DNA of 64,000 bases. Source: Anolis carolinensis (taxonomy: Eukaryota). The notes under the pieces were generated by a model, which was not told the origin of the DNA, made no database searches, and saw nothing but the letters and a program-made list of their open reading frames with translations. Shown here in pieces: positions 1-11,611 of the stretch. Each line of letters opens with the position of its first letter. Positions within the stretch are counted from its first letter, which is position 1. The position numbers and the translations under genes were made by a program. Location of the stretch: NCBI RefSeq assembly GCF_035594765.1, contig NC_085846.1, forward strand, positions 20,075,190 to 20,139,189, written 5' to 3'.

Positions 1-544
1 GAACATCTTTATTCATACCCTTGTAAACAAATTCTATTTGTCTATTCTAAGAGCATCTCTGATGACTCAACACAATTTCCCAAATTAGAACTTCACTTAA
101 TATTTTGCAACTGCAAGTATAAGAAAGAGAAACACAGACAGAAGAAAGGGGGGAAGAAAGGTAGGTGATAATGTGACTTCTAGGATTGAAAACAGCCTTC
201 AAATTCAGGTGCTCAATTCAATATATCACTTCTGATCAAAGTACCAGACTCTGGACAGTGCTGCGCCCCAGACAACCGATTTCTAGGAAAGAAACCAATG
301 GTCTCAAACTTAATGCTTGCTTCCCAAACCCTGGAAAATAGTAATTGCCAGCCCTCATATTAGCTATCCAAAGAAACACGACAATAGATCACGTTTAACT
401 TGAGAAATTGGAAGTACCATTTTATGCAGCTGAATGGGGAAAATATTCAACATAAAGGAGCATCATGTTAGATTAGGAAAACCCGAGGCTCCACCTTTCT
501 ATTTAGCTATCATGTTCATAGACTGGTGGCTATTTCTCTTCAGT

Positions 545-580
545 CTGTCTGAAGAGGTGGGCTGTCATCCATGAAAGCTT
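545..580 (+). ncRNA. Truncated minimal hammerhead ribozyme motif (Penelope-type relic)
   Basis: CTGAAGA(549-555)-g-gtgg(gctgtcat)ccat-GAAA-gc-tt; the 3' strand of stem I is displaced by the SINE inserted at 581. Confidence 0.5.
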
Positions 581-1030
581 TGTTTATTTATTATTTATTT
601 ACAATATTTATTATTTATTTACAGTCCAAAGGGTACTCAGGGCGGATCACAGAACATATATATGGCAAACATTCAATGCTGTTATACACAGACAGGACAG
701 ACAAGAGTACAGATAGAGATATATAGGCATCTCCCATCTTCGGCATCATGGAGGTAGTGCTTGATTCTGGCTCGGGGGGGGGGAGGGGTACTGTTGCTCC
801 ATCCCCCATGTCGGAGAGCCCTGTTCACAGACTTCCTTCTTTTTTGATCAACAACATTTTTCTGCTATTTCCTTATTGTGCCATTAAAATATCTCCCCAC
901 TTAAGTGGTACCCATTTTATCTACTCACTGCTGTTTTCGATCTGCTAGGTGGGCAGGCCTGGGCTTCAAACTGCCAACCCTTCGATTGGCAAGATTTATT
1001 ACAGCTAGTGGTTAACCTGCTGTACTAAGG
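581..1030 (-). mobile_element. tRNA-derived SINE with L2-type 3' tail
   Basis: (TTTA)n tail at 581-620; 3' stem-loop actcagggcggatcac; Sauria-like core tatctactcac...ttcgatctgctagg. Confidence 0.65.
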
Positions 1031-1438
1031 CTGAATTCATTTTCAAGGTGATACAAGACTCCATCTTACCTTTGCAAAACAAATGATTTGAAAAATTGCT
1101 ACCAGGCCAAAGTGGTGTAAGGATCAACAGGGTTCATAGAACTCTCAATGCTGCCCTGCATAAAGGTGGGCTATATAGTCATGAACCATGGCAAACTGCA
1201 TTACAGAATATATGATGTGCATCTTTTTTCTCTGATGAGCAGGATAATGGGTGTGTATGTACGTGTGTAAACATGCACACAATCTTCTCAGAGAAAAAAG
1301 TATGTACTATCCGATGGGTTTTATCTCTAATTAATCTACTCCCTTTAAATAATATTACAGAATTAGACTTCCGCTTTTAATTAGTATGCTACTAATTCAT
1401 AAATGCCACAATGAACAAATGCCCCCATCCTTGTTACA

Positions 1439-1678
1439 GGAGCCACCAGTGGCACGATGGGTTAAACCCTTTTGCCAGCAGGACTGGCGAGCGGGGTGAG
1501 CTCACATCTGTCAGCTTCAGCTTCTCATGCAGGGACATGAGATAAGCCTCCCACAGGATGGTAAAATATCTGGGCATCCCCTGGTCAACATCCTTGCAGA
1601 TGGCCAATCCACTCACACCAGAAGCGACTTGCAGTTTCTCAAGTTGCTCCTGACACGAAACAAAAAAAACAAAAACAA
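1439..1678 (+). mobile_element. Anolis-type tRNA-derived SINE with poly-A tail
   Basis: Head ggagccaccagtggcacgatgggttaaaccc; tail ctgacacgaaac(a)n; 12-bp TSD atccttgttaca (1427-38 / 1679-90). Related copies at ~18588-18762 (+) and ~37183-37408 (-). Confidence 0.85.
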
Positions 1679-2557
1679 ATCCTTGTTACAACATAGTAAA
1701 ATCTTGATCTCTCTAATGAAATTCCAAGAGAAACTTTAAAGTGAGGTTTGCAACTCTACGCTTCGAGTTTCCTGCACTGGGATGACAATTTGAACAGCTT
1801 TCCTAGAAGGATCCTTTTGGAAGGAATTTGCAACTTAGATCAAACCATTATTATAACATTGCTATTTTAATACCAATGCATTGACTGAGCCTTCAAGTAA
1901 CCCTTCCAGCTACCAGGAGCAGAGAAGGGTGCTTACATCTTTTTGGGACAGATAGATAGGAAAAATATTATAATACATTGCTTTGCCCATAAGCCCTCCA
2001 CAGAGATTGTTGTAAGCAACCTACAACCTGGAGCAACCTCGCCTTTTGCCATCTACAGTGTCGAAGTAATGCAGCTAGACAGCACTTTGATTGCCATGGC
2101 TCAATTTTATAGCATCTTAGGAGCTGTTGTTCTGCAAGGTCTTGAGCTTTCTCTGCCAAGATTCCTGATGGCTCATCAAACAACCCTCAGGATCCCATAG
2201 CCTTGAGCCATAGTGGTTAAAGTGGGGTCAAACTGCATTCATTACCAGCATAGATAGACATTTCATCCACTACTTTTAAGCCCACCCGTCTGTCCCTTCC
2301 TCCAGATATGTTTCTCACATCTGGATCTTTACTCACCGACTCCGTATCTGCCGTGCTTCTGCTGCACAAAGCCCCGCAGCCTTGCAGAAGCAAATCCCTC
2401 CCTTATTAAAATTCAAATCCCAAGTTTTGATCCCGGGAAGAGGAGGAGCAGGAAGGTGTCCTTTGGCTAATTCATCCCCCATCTGGCCCAGCTTCCTGAG
2501 CCTCTCTAGGGCTGGCACTGCAGACACTCAACTTAACCCTTGAATCTTCCAGGCACT

Positions 2558-2780
2558 GGGGATGCATCATCTACACTGTGGAATTGATGCAGTTTGGCAC
2601 CGCTTGAAGTGCCATGGCTCAATGCTGTGGAATCAGGAGAGTTGTAGCTTTGCCAGGACTCCAGCCTTCCCTGCCAAAGAGAGCTGGTGCCCCATCAAAC
2701 CACAACTCCCAGGATCTCACTTAAGCTATGGCAATAAAAGTGGTGTCAAGCTGCATTCATTCTACACTGTACATTCCCCT
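2558..2780. mobile_element. Long-palindrome MITE (GGGTGCATCTACACTGTAGAATT termini; possibly PIF/Harbinger-related)
   Basis: Whole-element inverted symmetry: atctacactgtggaattgatgcagtttggcacc ... ggtgtcaagctgcattcattctacactgta. Family copies at ~2048-2260, 3563-3770, 22238-22440, 23253-23472, 33190-33350 and 53939-54146. Confidence 0.7.
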
Positions 2781-2879
2781 TTTCAGTCTGGTCACTGCAG
2801 TAGGAATATGATGGGTTAAATGGGCCTGACTTTCTGGGTCCTAATGCCCACCATATTTGCAGAGACGGGGGAAAGGAAT

Positions 2880-2997
2880 AAGGTAGGGAGCTTTCTCTCT
2901 TTTCGAGTCAGCAGTGGTTTTCCCCAAAAAATCCAGAAAGCAAAAGCAGCAGATCTGGAGCCAGCAGAAATCCCCAAGATTTGGCAAAGCAGCAAAG
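2880..2997 (+). other. Probable 5' non-coding exon of the SCAN-ZNF gene (5' boundary approximate)
   Basis: Consensus donor AAG|gtaagt at 2997/2998, upstream of the acceptor at 4261-62. Confidence 0.4.
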
Positions 2998-4508
2998 GTA
3001 AGTAGATACAAGGTTGCAGTTTAAGGGAGGTTTGGGAAGCCGGGAGGGTGTTGCATTGAATGAATATTCTTACATGAAGGTGGTCCATTGTGGTCTATGG
3101 GTTGATGCTTATCTGTAGGTAGGAAAGGGGGGGGGATCACTCATTCAGCACACATTCAGGACAAACTTAGCTGGTCTTACATCTGTAATACCAGTGTGAG
3201 TTAAAAATGCTGTAAAAAAAGTCCAAATTCTCTTGCACAATAACCCTATGACAGAGGCCAACCTTGCTCCCATTTTACAGATTGGGAACACTGGTGTTTG
3301 TGTTTATTCCTGCCTGTTTCTTATTGGGTGGCACTTCTGAAGACAGCACCGAATAAGGGAAACACTCTTTCTGGGACAGAATGCCAGATTTCTTTTCAAA
3401 TGTAGACTCAATGCATTAATTCTACAACTTTAGATGCAGTCCTTGACTGACTCCCTTTTTGCCCTGTATAAACCTTTCCCTACATATTGGGCCAGAAGGC
3501 TGTTAGGAATTGTGGGAGTTGAAGTCCAAAACACCTGGAGGGCCAAAGTTTGCCCATGTCTGCTCTACCTTGTAGAATTAATGCAGTTTTACACCAATTT
3601 ACCTGCCTTTCAATTGTATGGAATCCTGGGAGTTGTACTTTGGTGAGGCAGCAGTAGTCTTTGGCAGAGAAGCCATTGTAAAACTACAACTCCCAGGACT
3701 GCATAGCATTGAGCCACAGAAGCCAGAGTGGTGTCAAACTGCATTAATTCCATGGTACAGCTGCACCTTTGAAAGCTCTGTAAAAGCCAGGTCCTTACAC
3801 TGGGCTAGAAAAAAGTGAAAGTTGGTGTAGATATTCCAATAAGGGTGTTGCGTCTTCCATATGTGTCGTCCACCAAACAAGAACTCTGCAAAGGCAGATG
3901 TTTGTAGAGTAGTGCTTATTTAGTTATCTGATGTGGAGTGTTGGCAGCCCCATCCCCTTAATATATTAGGGACTGCTACCATCTTTATATCTGTCACCTA
4001 CAACGGTTTCATTCTTACAGATCTGTCCACAAATAAGCTATCATGGATTACAATTGGTTCATAGGCCATCATTTTTAGTAGCACTGGAGTAGTTAACATT
4101 GCAACAAATTTGAGGTCTAAATAGTTGAAAATATCTAGTAATCTGTCACTGATTTCATTCTGCAAATATGAAGGTATAGCCAGGATGCATTAGGATTCTA
4201 ACTTCGTTTTTAGCTGTTACATAAACAATTTCTCTGTTCACCTTTCTCTCTTCCTTTTTAAGGACCAGACTAAACTATGTAAAAGTGACTTGCTCTGCTC
4301 TGTATTCTACCTTGGGCTTTTAACTGGAATGCCTTACCTGCAGCAAGCACTGTTCATGATAAGGTTTTGGACTGTACTGCTCATTCTGGTGTGGGAGATA
4401 TAGACCTCTGCTTAGGCCAACTGCAAGGAGATGAAATGGTTGCAATTCAAGAAAAGCGTTAATGTTAGCTCTTCGTCGTCTGCCTTTGTTAGCACTCTGG
4501 AGAGAAGG

Positions 4509-5222
4509 ATGGAGCAACCGAACCCACCTCGCCTTGAACTGGGGGAAGGGGCTGGAAAGTCGCCTCGGGTCCTTCAAGCTGGGGCGGTCAATGAGTTTTT
4601 GAGGTGGGTCACTCCTCACCAAAGTAGGATCGAGAGACAGGAGGGCATACCGGCACATGGAGAAGCCCAGTGGCAAGAAATCCTAAGGACGGTACAGACC
4701 TCTCACTCAGGATGGGCAAGTTCGCACCTGCCAGAGTTGCCTCCGTGGGATGACTTATCCACGTTTGAGCGAGTGGCTGATGCCTACCAGTGGCCCCGAG
4801 GTGAAACCATTGCCAAACGTGTGCCAACTCTAGTTGGCAGCAAAGCACAGCAGAGCTTTAACGCTCCAGAAACCAGAGACACGGGAGACTTTGGGAAGGT
4901 GAAAGCTACCATTGTACAGGGGAATGTTGCAAACATAGAGGTGCAGCGCCAACACTTCCGCCAGTTCCGCTACCCAAATGCCATTGGACCCCGGGAGGTT
5001 TGCAGCCGGTTGCGTGAACTCTGCCACTATTGGTTGGAGCCAGAGAACCGCAGCAAGGAGCAGATCTTGGAGCTGCTAGTTCTGGAACAATTCTTGGTGA
5101 TTCTGCCAAGGGAAATCCAAAGCCAAGTGCAGGCACGTGGGCCAGAGACCTGTGCCCAGGCTGTGGCCCTAGCAGAGGACTTCTTGCTTAGGCAGCCAGA
5201 ACAAGGAGAAAGGGAACAACAG
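4509..5222 (+). CDS. SCAN-domain C2H2 zinc-finger protein, coding exon 1 (extended SCAN domain); gene model join(4509..5222,7523..7649,8863..9905), ~627 aa
   Basis: ORF 4431-5285 contains the SCAN signature QRQHFRQFRY..GPREVCSRLRELCHYWLEPENRSKEQILELLVLEQFLVILPREIQSQVQARGPETCAQAVALAEDFL. Acceptor ttttag at 4261-62; donor CAG|gtaagc at 5222/5223 (phase 0). Start at ATG 4509 (MEQPN) preferred; an in-frame ATG also exists at 4431. Confidence 0.88.
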
Positions 5223-5411
5223 GTAAGCTCAATTATTTCCAGCCATTTATTTGGGGTCACCTACACAAGCAGAACTAGAGTTTAGAATGATAGAATCATA
5301 GAGATCACAAGCGCCATCCTGTCCAACTGGAACACTCAATCTGCCCTGCTGGAACACTCAATCAAATCAGTGCACTCCTGACAGATGGCCATCCAGCCTC
5401 TGTTTATGACT

Positions 5412-5755
5412 TCCCTCAGTCTAGATACTAGAGTAAGGCCCGAATCCTACCCTTCTGGGTTTCAGAAGGGCCGTGAAAACATGGTTGTTTGCCCAAGCTT
5501 TTGATGAGTAAACGACAAAGTCGACATGGCCTCATTTAAGGATGAAGCATGAGGATCTTGGCTGGATGGAATTAATTATATTTATGTTTTTAAGGTTTTT
5601 ATAATGTATTTTAACAATGTTATTAACGGATCTATATGTATTGTTTTGCTTTTATGATTGTATTCTTTGGGCATTACATTTTGCCAATTTTTGTAAGCTG
5701 CCCTGAGTCCCCTCGGGTGAGAAGGGTGAGGTATAAATGTTGTAAATAAATAAAT
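5412..5755 (+). mobile_element. L2 LINE 3' fragment
   Basis: ORF2 end (..FRRAVKTWLFAQAF..), then tgtaagctgccctgagtcccctcgggtgagaaggg..(taaa)n. Confidence 0.75.
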
Positions 5756-5899
5756 CCTGTTTTATCTGTTTCTTTCGTAGTTTTGTACCGTTCTACCCAT
5801 TTGGATTGCACGGAACGGCACAACACCATGGGAACAAAAGAAACAGTAAAATGAAAGGCAGAGAATGGTAGCCGTTTGGTCGGCTGATTTTAGATGCTT

Positions 5900-6270
5900 G
5901 GTTGTAGGCCCTAGCTTGCAGGGCCTGTAGCCAAGCTCCGGGTGTTCCTTATGGTCATAGGCCCTGGCTTGCAGGGCCTACAGCCAAGCGCCGGGCACTT
6001 GATGCTTTTAGGCCCTGCCTGCCGGGCCTACAAGCATCAATTGCTCACCTGTACACCCTGCAGGCAGGACCTACAAGCATTATGTGCTCAATGTCTCGTA
6101 GGCCTGGCTCACAGGACTTACAGTCGAGCGGTGAATGCTCAATGCTAGGTCTATGAGCCATAGAGAGCTCAATGGCTCTTAGGCTATGCCTGCTGGGCCT
6201 ATGAGCGTCGAGTGCCCTGCAAGCCGGGCCTACAGCCGAGCACCGGTCCCTCTTGGCTGTAGGCCCTAAC
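5900..6270. repeat. Degenerate array of palindromic TAGGCCC-N8/9-GGGCCTA units inside a probable non-autonomous DNA transposon (~5756-6455)
   Basis: Units at ~5905, 5958, 6009, 6052, 6099, 6180 and 6215-6267. The flanks carry imperfect inverted subterminal motifs (tttgtaccgttc / gaatggtacaaa). Confidence 0.65.
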
Positions 6271-7522
6271 TAGCAGCCCCTGGTGCTTTGCCGGCCAAGG
6301 CCCGAAAAATCTTTGGGTTTTTTTTCCAGACATTGGATGGAAAAGCCCATTCATATAAGTGCCCATTTCCGTAAGCAGGGCACGGAAATGAAAACGGGCC
6401 ATACGAATGGTACAAATAGAAATGGCAAGTGATTTCATACAAATACACAAGGCTACTAGATACTCCTATTGATTGTGCCTAGAATCACATTCGCTTTTTT
6501 AGCTGCCACATCACAGTTACTGCCCTACAAATCCTCAGGGCTACAGATGAGGAAATATTCTTGGATACTAACTTGTGCAAATACACACATCCATGCAATC
6601 TACAAATTGATTGGATGGTTTGAAATTAGCCTTGTTTGAGGGTGTCATGAGAAAAGAATACTAGACTGAACACAGAATGGCAGAACATAACATTTCTAGG
6701 AGCCTATGAAAAGTTTATTTTCCAGCAAGAAGAACCACTTCTTTGCAAGTACTCCCCCTCCTCAAGCTATACAAGGTTGACAGTATAGGACCTATGGGCT
6801 GTGTGTGACACACACACACACATACAGATACACAGAAGTCTTTTGGGTTGCTCCCATTGCTTTTACTTCCCACTGCAACAGTTAGCCTCACTGCCTGCAC
6901 AACTATTGCCAGTATAGGTTCTGTCCCTGGAAATCATGGCCTCTGATGTTGATGGCTTGTCTCTACTCCAGAAAGGCAGGGCTGGCTGTGGTATTCAGTG
7001 ATGACCAAAATGCACTCTGTGCATACTCCGAGACATCTATGTCTTTACATAGGGCTTGAACACCGAAACAAAACCAATGCCAGTTTTGATCCCAAAACGG
7101 TACTACTTAGAGAAAGGAATTCAGCAGTGCTACTTCTTTACTCTAGATAGTGCTACAGGACTATCCTGAAAGTGTAAAGAAACGTATACTCTGGTTGCTT
7201 AGCCATACTCTACATATCACTAAAGGAAAAGTATTTGCAATTTTCAAGACTTCAGAACTCATTTTCCTACTTCTGTTATGAGAGAACATCTATAGGCCCC
7301 TGCTGAAGATAGCTTGTGGACATTGATATGGGACATTAATGTAGTACCTCAATACCCATTCACCTGCTCCCAAATTGTTTTCAAAATGGATGATGGCTCT
7401 TTCAGAGTGTGTGAGAGGAGAAAAATAAATTTTGCCCTCATGGAAGACACCCAAATCGGAAAAGCTCTCTTGAACTTGATATTCTCTTCTCTTGTTGTAT
7501 GTAACTTTTGCTGCCATTTCAG

Positions 7523-7649
7523 GTATCGGGAACAGTTCAAGGAAAGGGTGCAAACTGTTCTGAGATTCCACGGCCATCAGTCAATATCAAGCCAAGGCAC
7601 ACCTACAAGGAAGCCAAGCAGCAAGATAATGGGATTGGCAACTCATTAG
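7523..7649 (+). CDS. SCAN-ZNF gene coding exon 2 (linker exon)
   Basis: Acceptor catttcag|G at 7522/7523, donor TTAG|gtaaga at 7649/7650. The 127 nt (phase 0 to phase 1) exactly reconcile the SCAN exon with the ZF exon. Encodes VSGTVQG...YKEAKQQDNGIGNSLG. Confidence 0.78.
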
Positions 7650-8361
7650 GTAAGAAATCCCACACTGTCCTCTACTTTATAGACAGGGAACATGCAGTCC
7701 TCCAATTGCTGCACCTTCCACAATCCCTTTCAGGTGATAAGGGTTGATGGGAATTGTAAAACAATGGCTTCTGGAAGGCCATATTTTCCCTACATCTGTC
7801 CTTTTCTCCCCCCTTACCAATTTTTCAACAGTACTCTTGAGTGATTTCGTGCTTTCCTGCAAATATAGATATCTGATCTATAGTAGTTTAGGTTCTCATA
7901 GCATATCAGGATGGAGGTTGTGATTTTTTTTACTCTTATTCCACCATTTTCTTACCAGATGTAAAGCTCTGCCTAAATCACTTGCCACTTTGTGTGAAGA
8001 CTTGCTCAAATCTAAATCTAACACCAAGAGTGAGGGATTGCCTTGAGCCCCACTTCTACCACCAAAGTAAGGATCTCCCCTACTCCCACTGCTGTGGCCA
8101 CCACTGTGCAAACTTAGTAGATGACCTCAAAGTTACTAAGTAGAACATTATGTGACTTTTATTTCTATTAGGTACTGTATCATTTGCTGCTACATAGACA
8201 CCATGCCTAAATTTAGTACTACCCCATATCCATGGATGTACGAAAGGTGAAACCGTGGATGATAGTGAACAACTTCTGGTAGAAGCATATCATAGAACTA
8301 TGCCAGAAGACCTAGAAAATTTAGAGAGAGAGAGAGAATACTTCTCTAGGAATTTCTAGAT

Positions 8362-8496
8362 CAGTGGTTCTCAACCTTTGGGTCCCCAGGTGTTTTGGCC
8401 TACAACTCCCCAAAATCCCAGCCAGTTTACCAGCTGTTAGGATTTCTGGGAGTTGAAGGCCAAAACATCTGGGGACCCACAGATAGAGAACCACTG
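8362..8496. mobile_element. hAT (Charlie-like) MITE
   Basis: TIR CAGTGGTTCTC / GAGAACCACTG; 8-bp TSD ttctagat / ctctagat. Confidence 0.88.
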
Positions 8497-8862
8497 CTCT
8501 AGATCCTCCAACATGGTTCTTTGGTCAACCTCTAGCCATTTACTTTAATATCCATTACCTTTCATGTGGATAATCGTTGAAATCATATCTTTCAGTTTCT
8601 TGTTCTCTATTCCATTCACATAATCAACTGGTTTTCTCCCAATTTGTAACCCATGTATCTTTCTTTTTCTGGCCATTATATGCAACTCTTCTTTCCCATA
8701 TACAATCAAACATTGTATATAGTTTTGAGTTACATAAATCCTATTTTATGCCTCTTTCTAACGCCATGGTATTACTGCTTGTCCAGCTTTTAACAAGTTA
8801 ATTTTTTTTCTCCTGGGTTCTTGCTCACAATCACATTTGGCTTTTTTAAAAACACTTAACAG

Positions 8863-9905
8863 GTGCCAAGTTTTTGGGAAGAGCTGGACAGTACTTCCAG
8901 TGTCCGGACTGTGGGAAAAGGTTTAGGGGAGAGGAGGAACTCCGAGCTCATGGTGGCATCCACAGGAAGGACAGACCGCACGCCTGCTCTCAGTGTGGGA
9001 AAAGATTTACTCGCCCCTCGGGCCTTGCCAAACACTTGAAAACTCATTCAGGAGAGAAACCCTATTGCTGCGGCCAGTGCCCCAAAAGCTTCATTCAGAT
9101 GTCGCATCTCACTCGACATCAGAGGATACACACTGGGGAAAAACCCCATCCCTGTGCTGAATGTGGGAAACGTTTCAATTGCCCGTCTGATCTGGCCAAA
9201 CACCAGCACATCCATACAGGTGAGAAACCTTTCCGCTGTGCCGAGTGCGGGGCGAGGTTTAACCAGTTCTCGCACCTCACGCGGCACCAGAGGATTCACA
9301 CAGGGGAGAAGCCCCATGCCTGTGCTGAATGTGGGGAAACCTTTAGTCAGCGGGCACATCTTATCAGCCACCACAGAATCCATACCGGAGAGAGACCTTA
9401 CCGCTGCACTTATTGCCAGAAGTCTTTCAGCCACCTCTCTGCTCTCACCGTGCACAAGAGAATCCATATGGGGCAGAGGCCTTATGGCTGCCCTGAATGC
9501 GGGAAAAGGTTCATTGCATCATCTGCTTTAACCAGGCATCAAAGGACCCACTCTGAAGAAAGACCCCATAACTGCGATGAGTGTGGACGGAGGTTCAACC
9601 AGCTCTCTCACCTTCACCGGCACCGAAGGACTCACTCAGGGGAGAGGCCCCACAATTGTGCAGTGTGTGGAAAGAGATTCAATCAGCTCTCCTCACTTAC
9701 CAGGCACCAGAAAATCCACACTGGAGAGAAGCCTTATCCCTGTGACGAGTGTGAGAAAAGGTTCGTTCGAATGGCTGACCTTATCATCCATCAGAGAATC
9801 CAAACAGGAGAGAAGCCGTATCGCTGCACCCATTGTGGGAGGAGGTTCAGGCAGAGACAAACACTGGTCAAGCATCAGAGACTTCACCCAATAACAAACT
9901 CGTAA
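8863..9905 (+). CDS. SCAN-ZNF gene coding exon 3: 12 tandem C2H2 zinc fingers
   Basis: Acceptor taacag|GT at 8862/8863 (phase 1). Twelve CxxC-x12-HxxxH units with TGEKP-type linkers; finger 11 ends HQRIQ (degenerate). Stop TAA at 9903-9905. Confidence 0.92.
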
Positions 9906-10902
9906 TATAGGCACACACATATGCATGGATTAAACTTTCCTGCCATTTGCATTTGTATCCAGAAAAGAAATATTCACAGACTTTCAACATTTTAAAAAGA
10001 AGGGCAAGAGAAAGACATTTAATCCCAATATCCTTATTTCTCCTATCAGTTACCCCTTTGGTTCTACTAAGGGAATAGATGGTTCCACTAAATATTTTCA
10101 GAGTTTTTAAACAACGACAAAAAAGGTATTAAAGTGACATTGTGGGTTTTTGGGATCCAAAATAGTCACACTCATGCTCATGGATGTGGACACACATTTC
10201 TCTTACCTATTCGTGTTTCTTGTTTTGGCAGGCCATAATGTTGGTGGTAGATGGATCAAGGAGTGGAAACTGCTAGGATGAATAACCTTTTCTCTAGTCT
10301 ATACCAGACTCTGCTCCTCCAGGTGTTCTGGATTTCAGCTATCTCAATTCCTAACAGCTGGTAAAATGCCTGGGATTTCTGGGAGCTGAAGTCCTGGAGG
10401 AGCTGAAACCCTGCTCTATACCATTTTATTAATCTGAAGGTTCTGGGATCAATCAAGCATAAAAAGTAGAAACTTTAGTATTGGGAAAAGATTTATTTCT
10501 TTTTAAAGAACACGAAGAAGCACTGGCAAATAGAACGGGGGGCAGGGGGTGATGTGAAATCCAAACAATGCATGAGTTGAGGTAGGGGAAAGGACTGGCA
10601 TATGTTAGGGGAACCGATATGGATCACTTGCTGCATTTTTATGCTAATGATTCATTAAAGTATAATTTGACTAATGGAGAGGATTTCTTGATACCTACTT
10701 TTTTTCATCTCAATTTATTTACATAAGCACAGCCAGAGAAACTAAGAAACAAATTCATCACCCAATTCTCTGTGAATGAAACATGTCAGATGTTTCTTAT
10801 GTCTGCCTTCCTGTTTCATATTTGAAGCACTGACTCGCAAGAGCCAGGTAGGAAGGCTGAATTATTTGTATGCGAGCAGCTTCATCATCCATGCCATACT
10901 GA

Positions 10903-11055
10903 GGCCCCTTCCACACAGCTGAATAAAATCCCACATTATCTGCTTTGAACTGGAATATATGGCAGTGTGGACTCGATAACCCAATTCAAAGCAGATATTT
11001 TGTGGGGTTTTCTGCCTTGATATTCTGGGTTATATGGCTATGTGGAAGGGCCCTG
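10903..11055. mobile_element. Harbinger-like MITE (GGCCCCTTCCACACAGC termini)
   Basis: ggccccttccacacagc ... gctatgtggaagggcc. Related copies at ~11830-11962, ~15165-15272 and ~51082-51632 (split by L2). Confidence 0.72.
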
Positions 11056-11120
11056 AGTTTCTCAATGCTTGTGTTAAAGAGGGTACGATAACAACATTCA
11101 AGTTTTAAGCCACTAAGCTA

Positions 11121-11531
11121 CCCTGTTTCCCCTAAAATAAGACATCCCCAAAAAATAAGACCTAGTAGAGGTTTTGCTGAATTGGTAAATATAAGGCCTC
11201 CCCCAAAAGTAAGACCTAGCAAAGGTTTTGTTTGGAAGCATGCCCATCAAACAGAACACCAGAGCATGCAGGATTGGTAAATGTACATACCAGTTGTACA
11301 TGGAAATAATGGTAGTAACAAGAAATTCTTGATAGGATTCACAGTTTGTCTGATTATGTTGGTTTGTGATGACAACTACTGTATAGTATATAATGTTCAA
11401 TTTTTTTTGTTTAACAATAAATGTGAATTCTTATTCGTGGAAAAATAAGACATCCCCTGAAAATAAGACCTAGCACATCTTTAGGAGCAAAAATTAATAT
11501 AAGACACTGTCATATTTTCGGGGAAACACGG
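11121..11531. mobile_element. Tc1/mariner/Tigger-type non-autonomous element
   Basis: TA|CCCTGTTTCCCCTAAAATAAGAC ... GTCATATTTTCGGGGAAACACGG|TA; internal AAAATAAGAC repeats. Confidence 0.82.
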
Positions 11532-11611
11532 TATGTGTTAAGGTGGGTGATATTTCCCTCCTGGGACCATTGTTGTTGTGATGTCAAGTTGGCTTCAACT
11601 TATAGTGGGGA

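Noticed and set aside
5900-6270. CRISPR array
   Set aside because: Vertebrate intron, no cas genes, degenerate repeats and mutually related spacers; better explained as a transposon-internal repeat.
9048-9894. Overlapping and antisense ORFs on the SCAN-ZNF finger exon
   Set aside because: By-products of repetitive zinc-finger codons.
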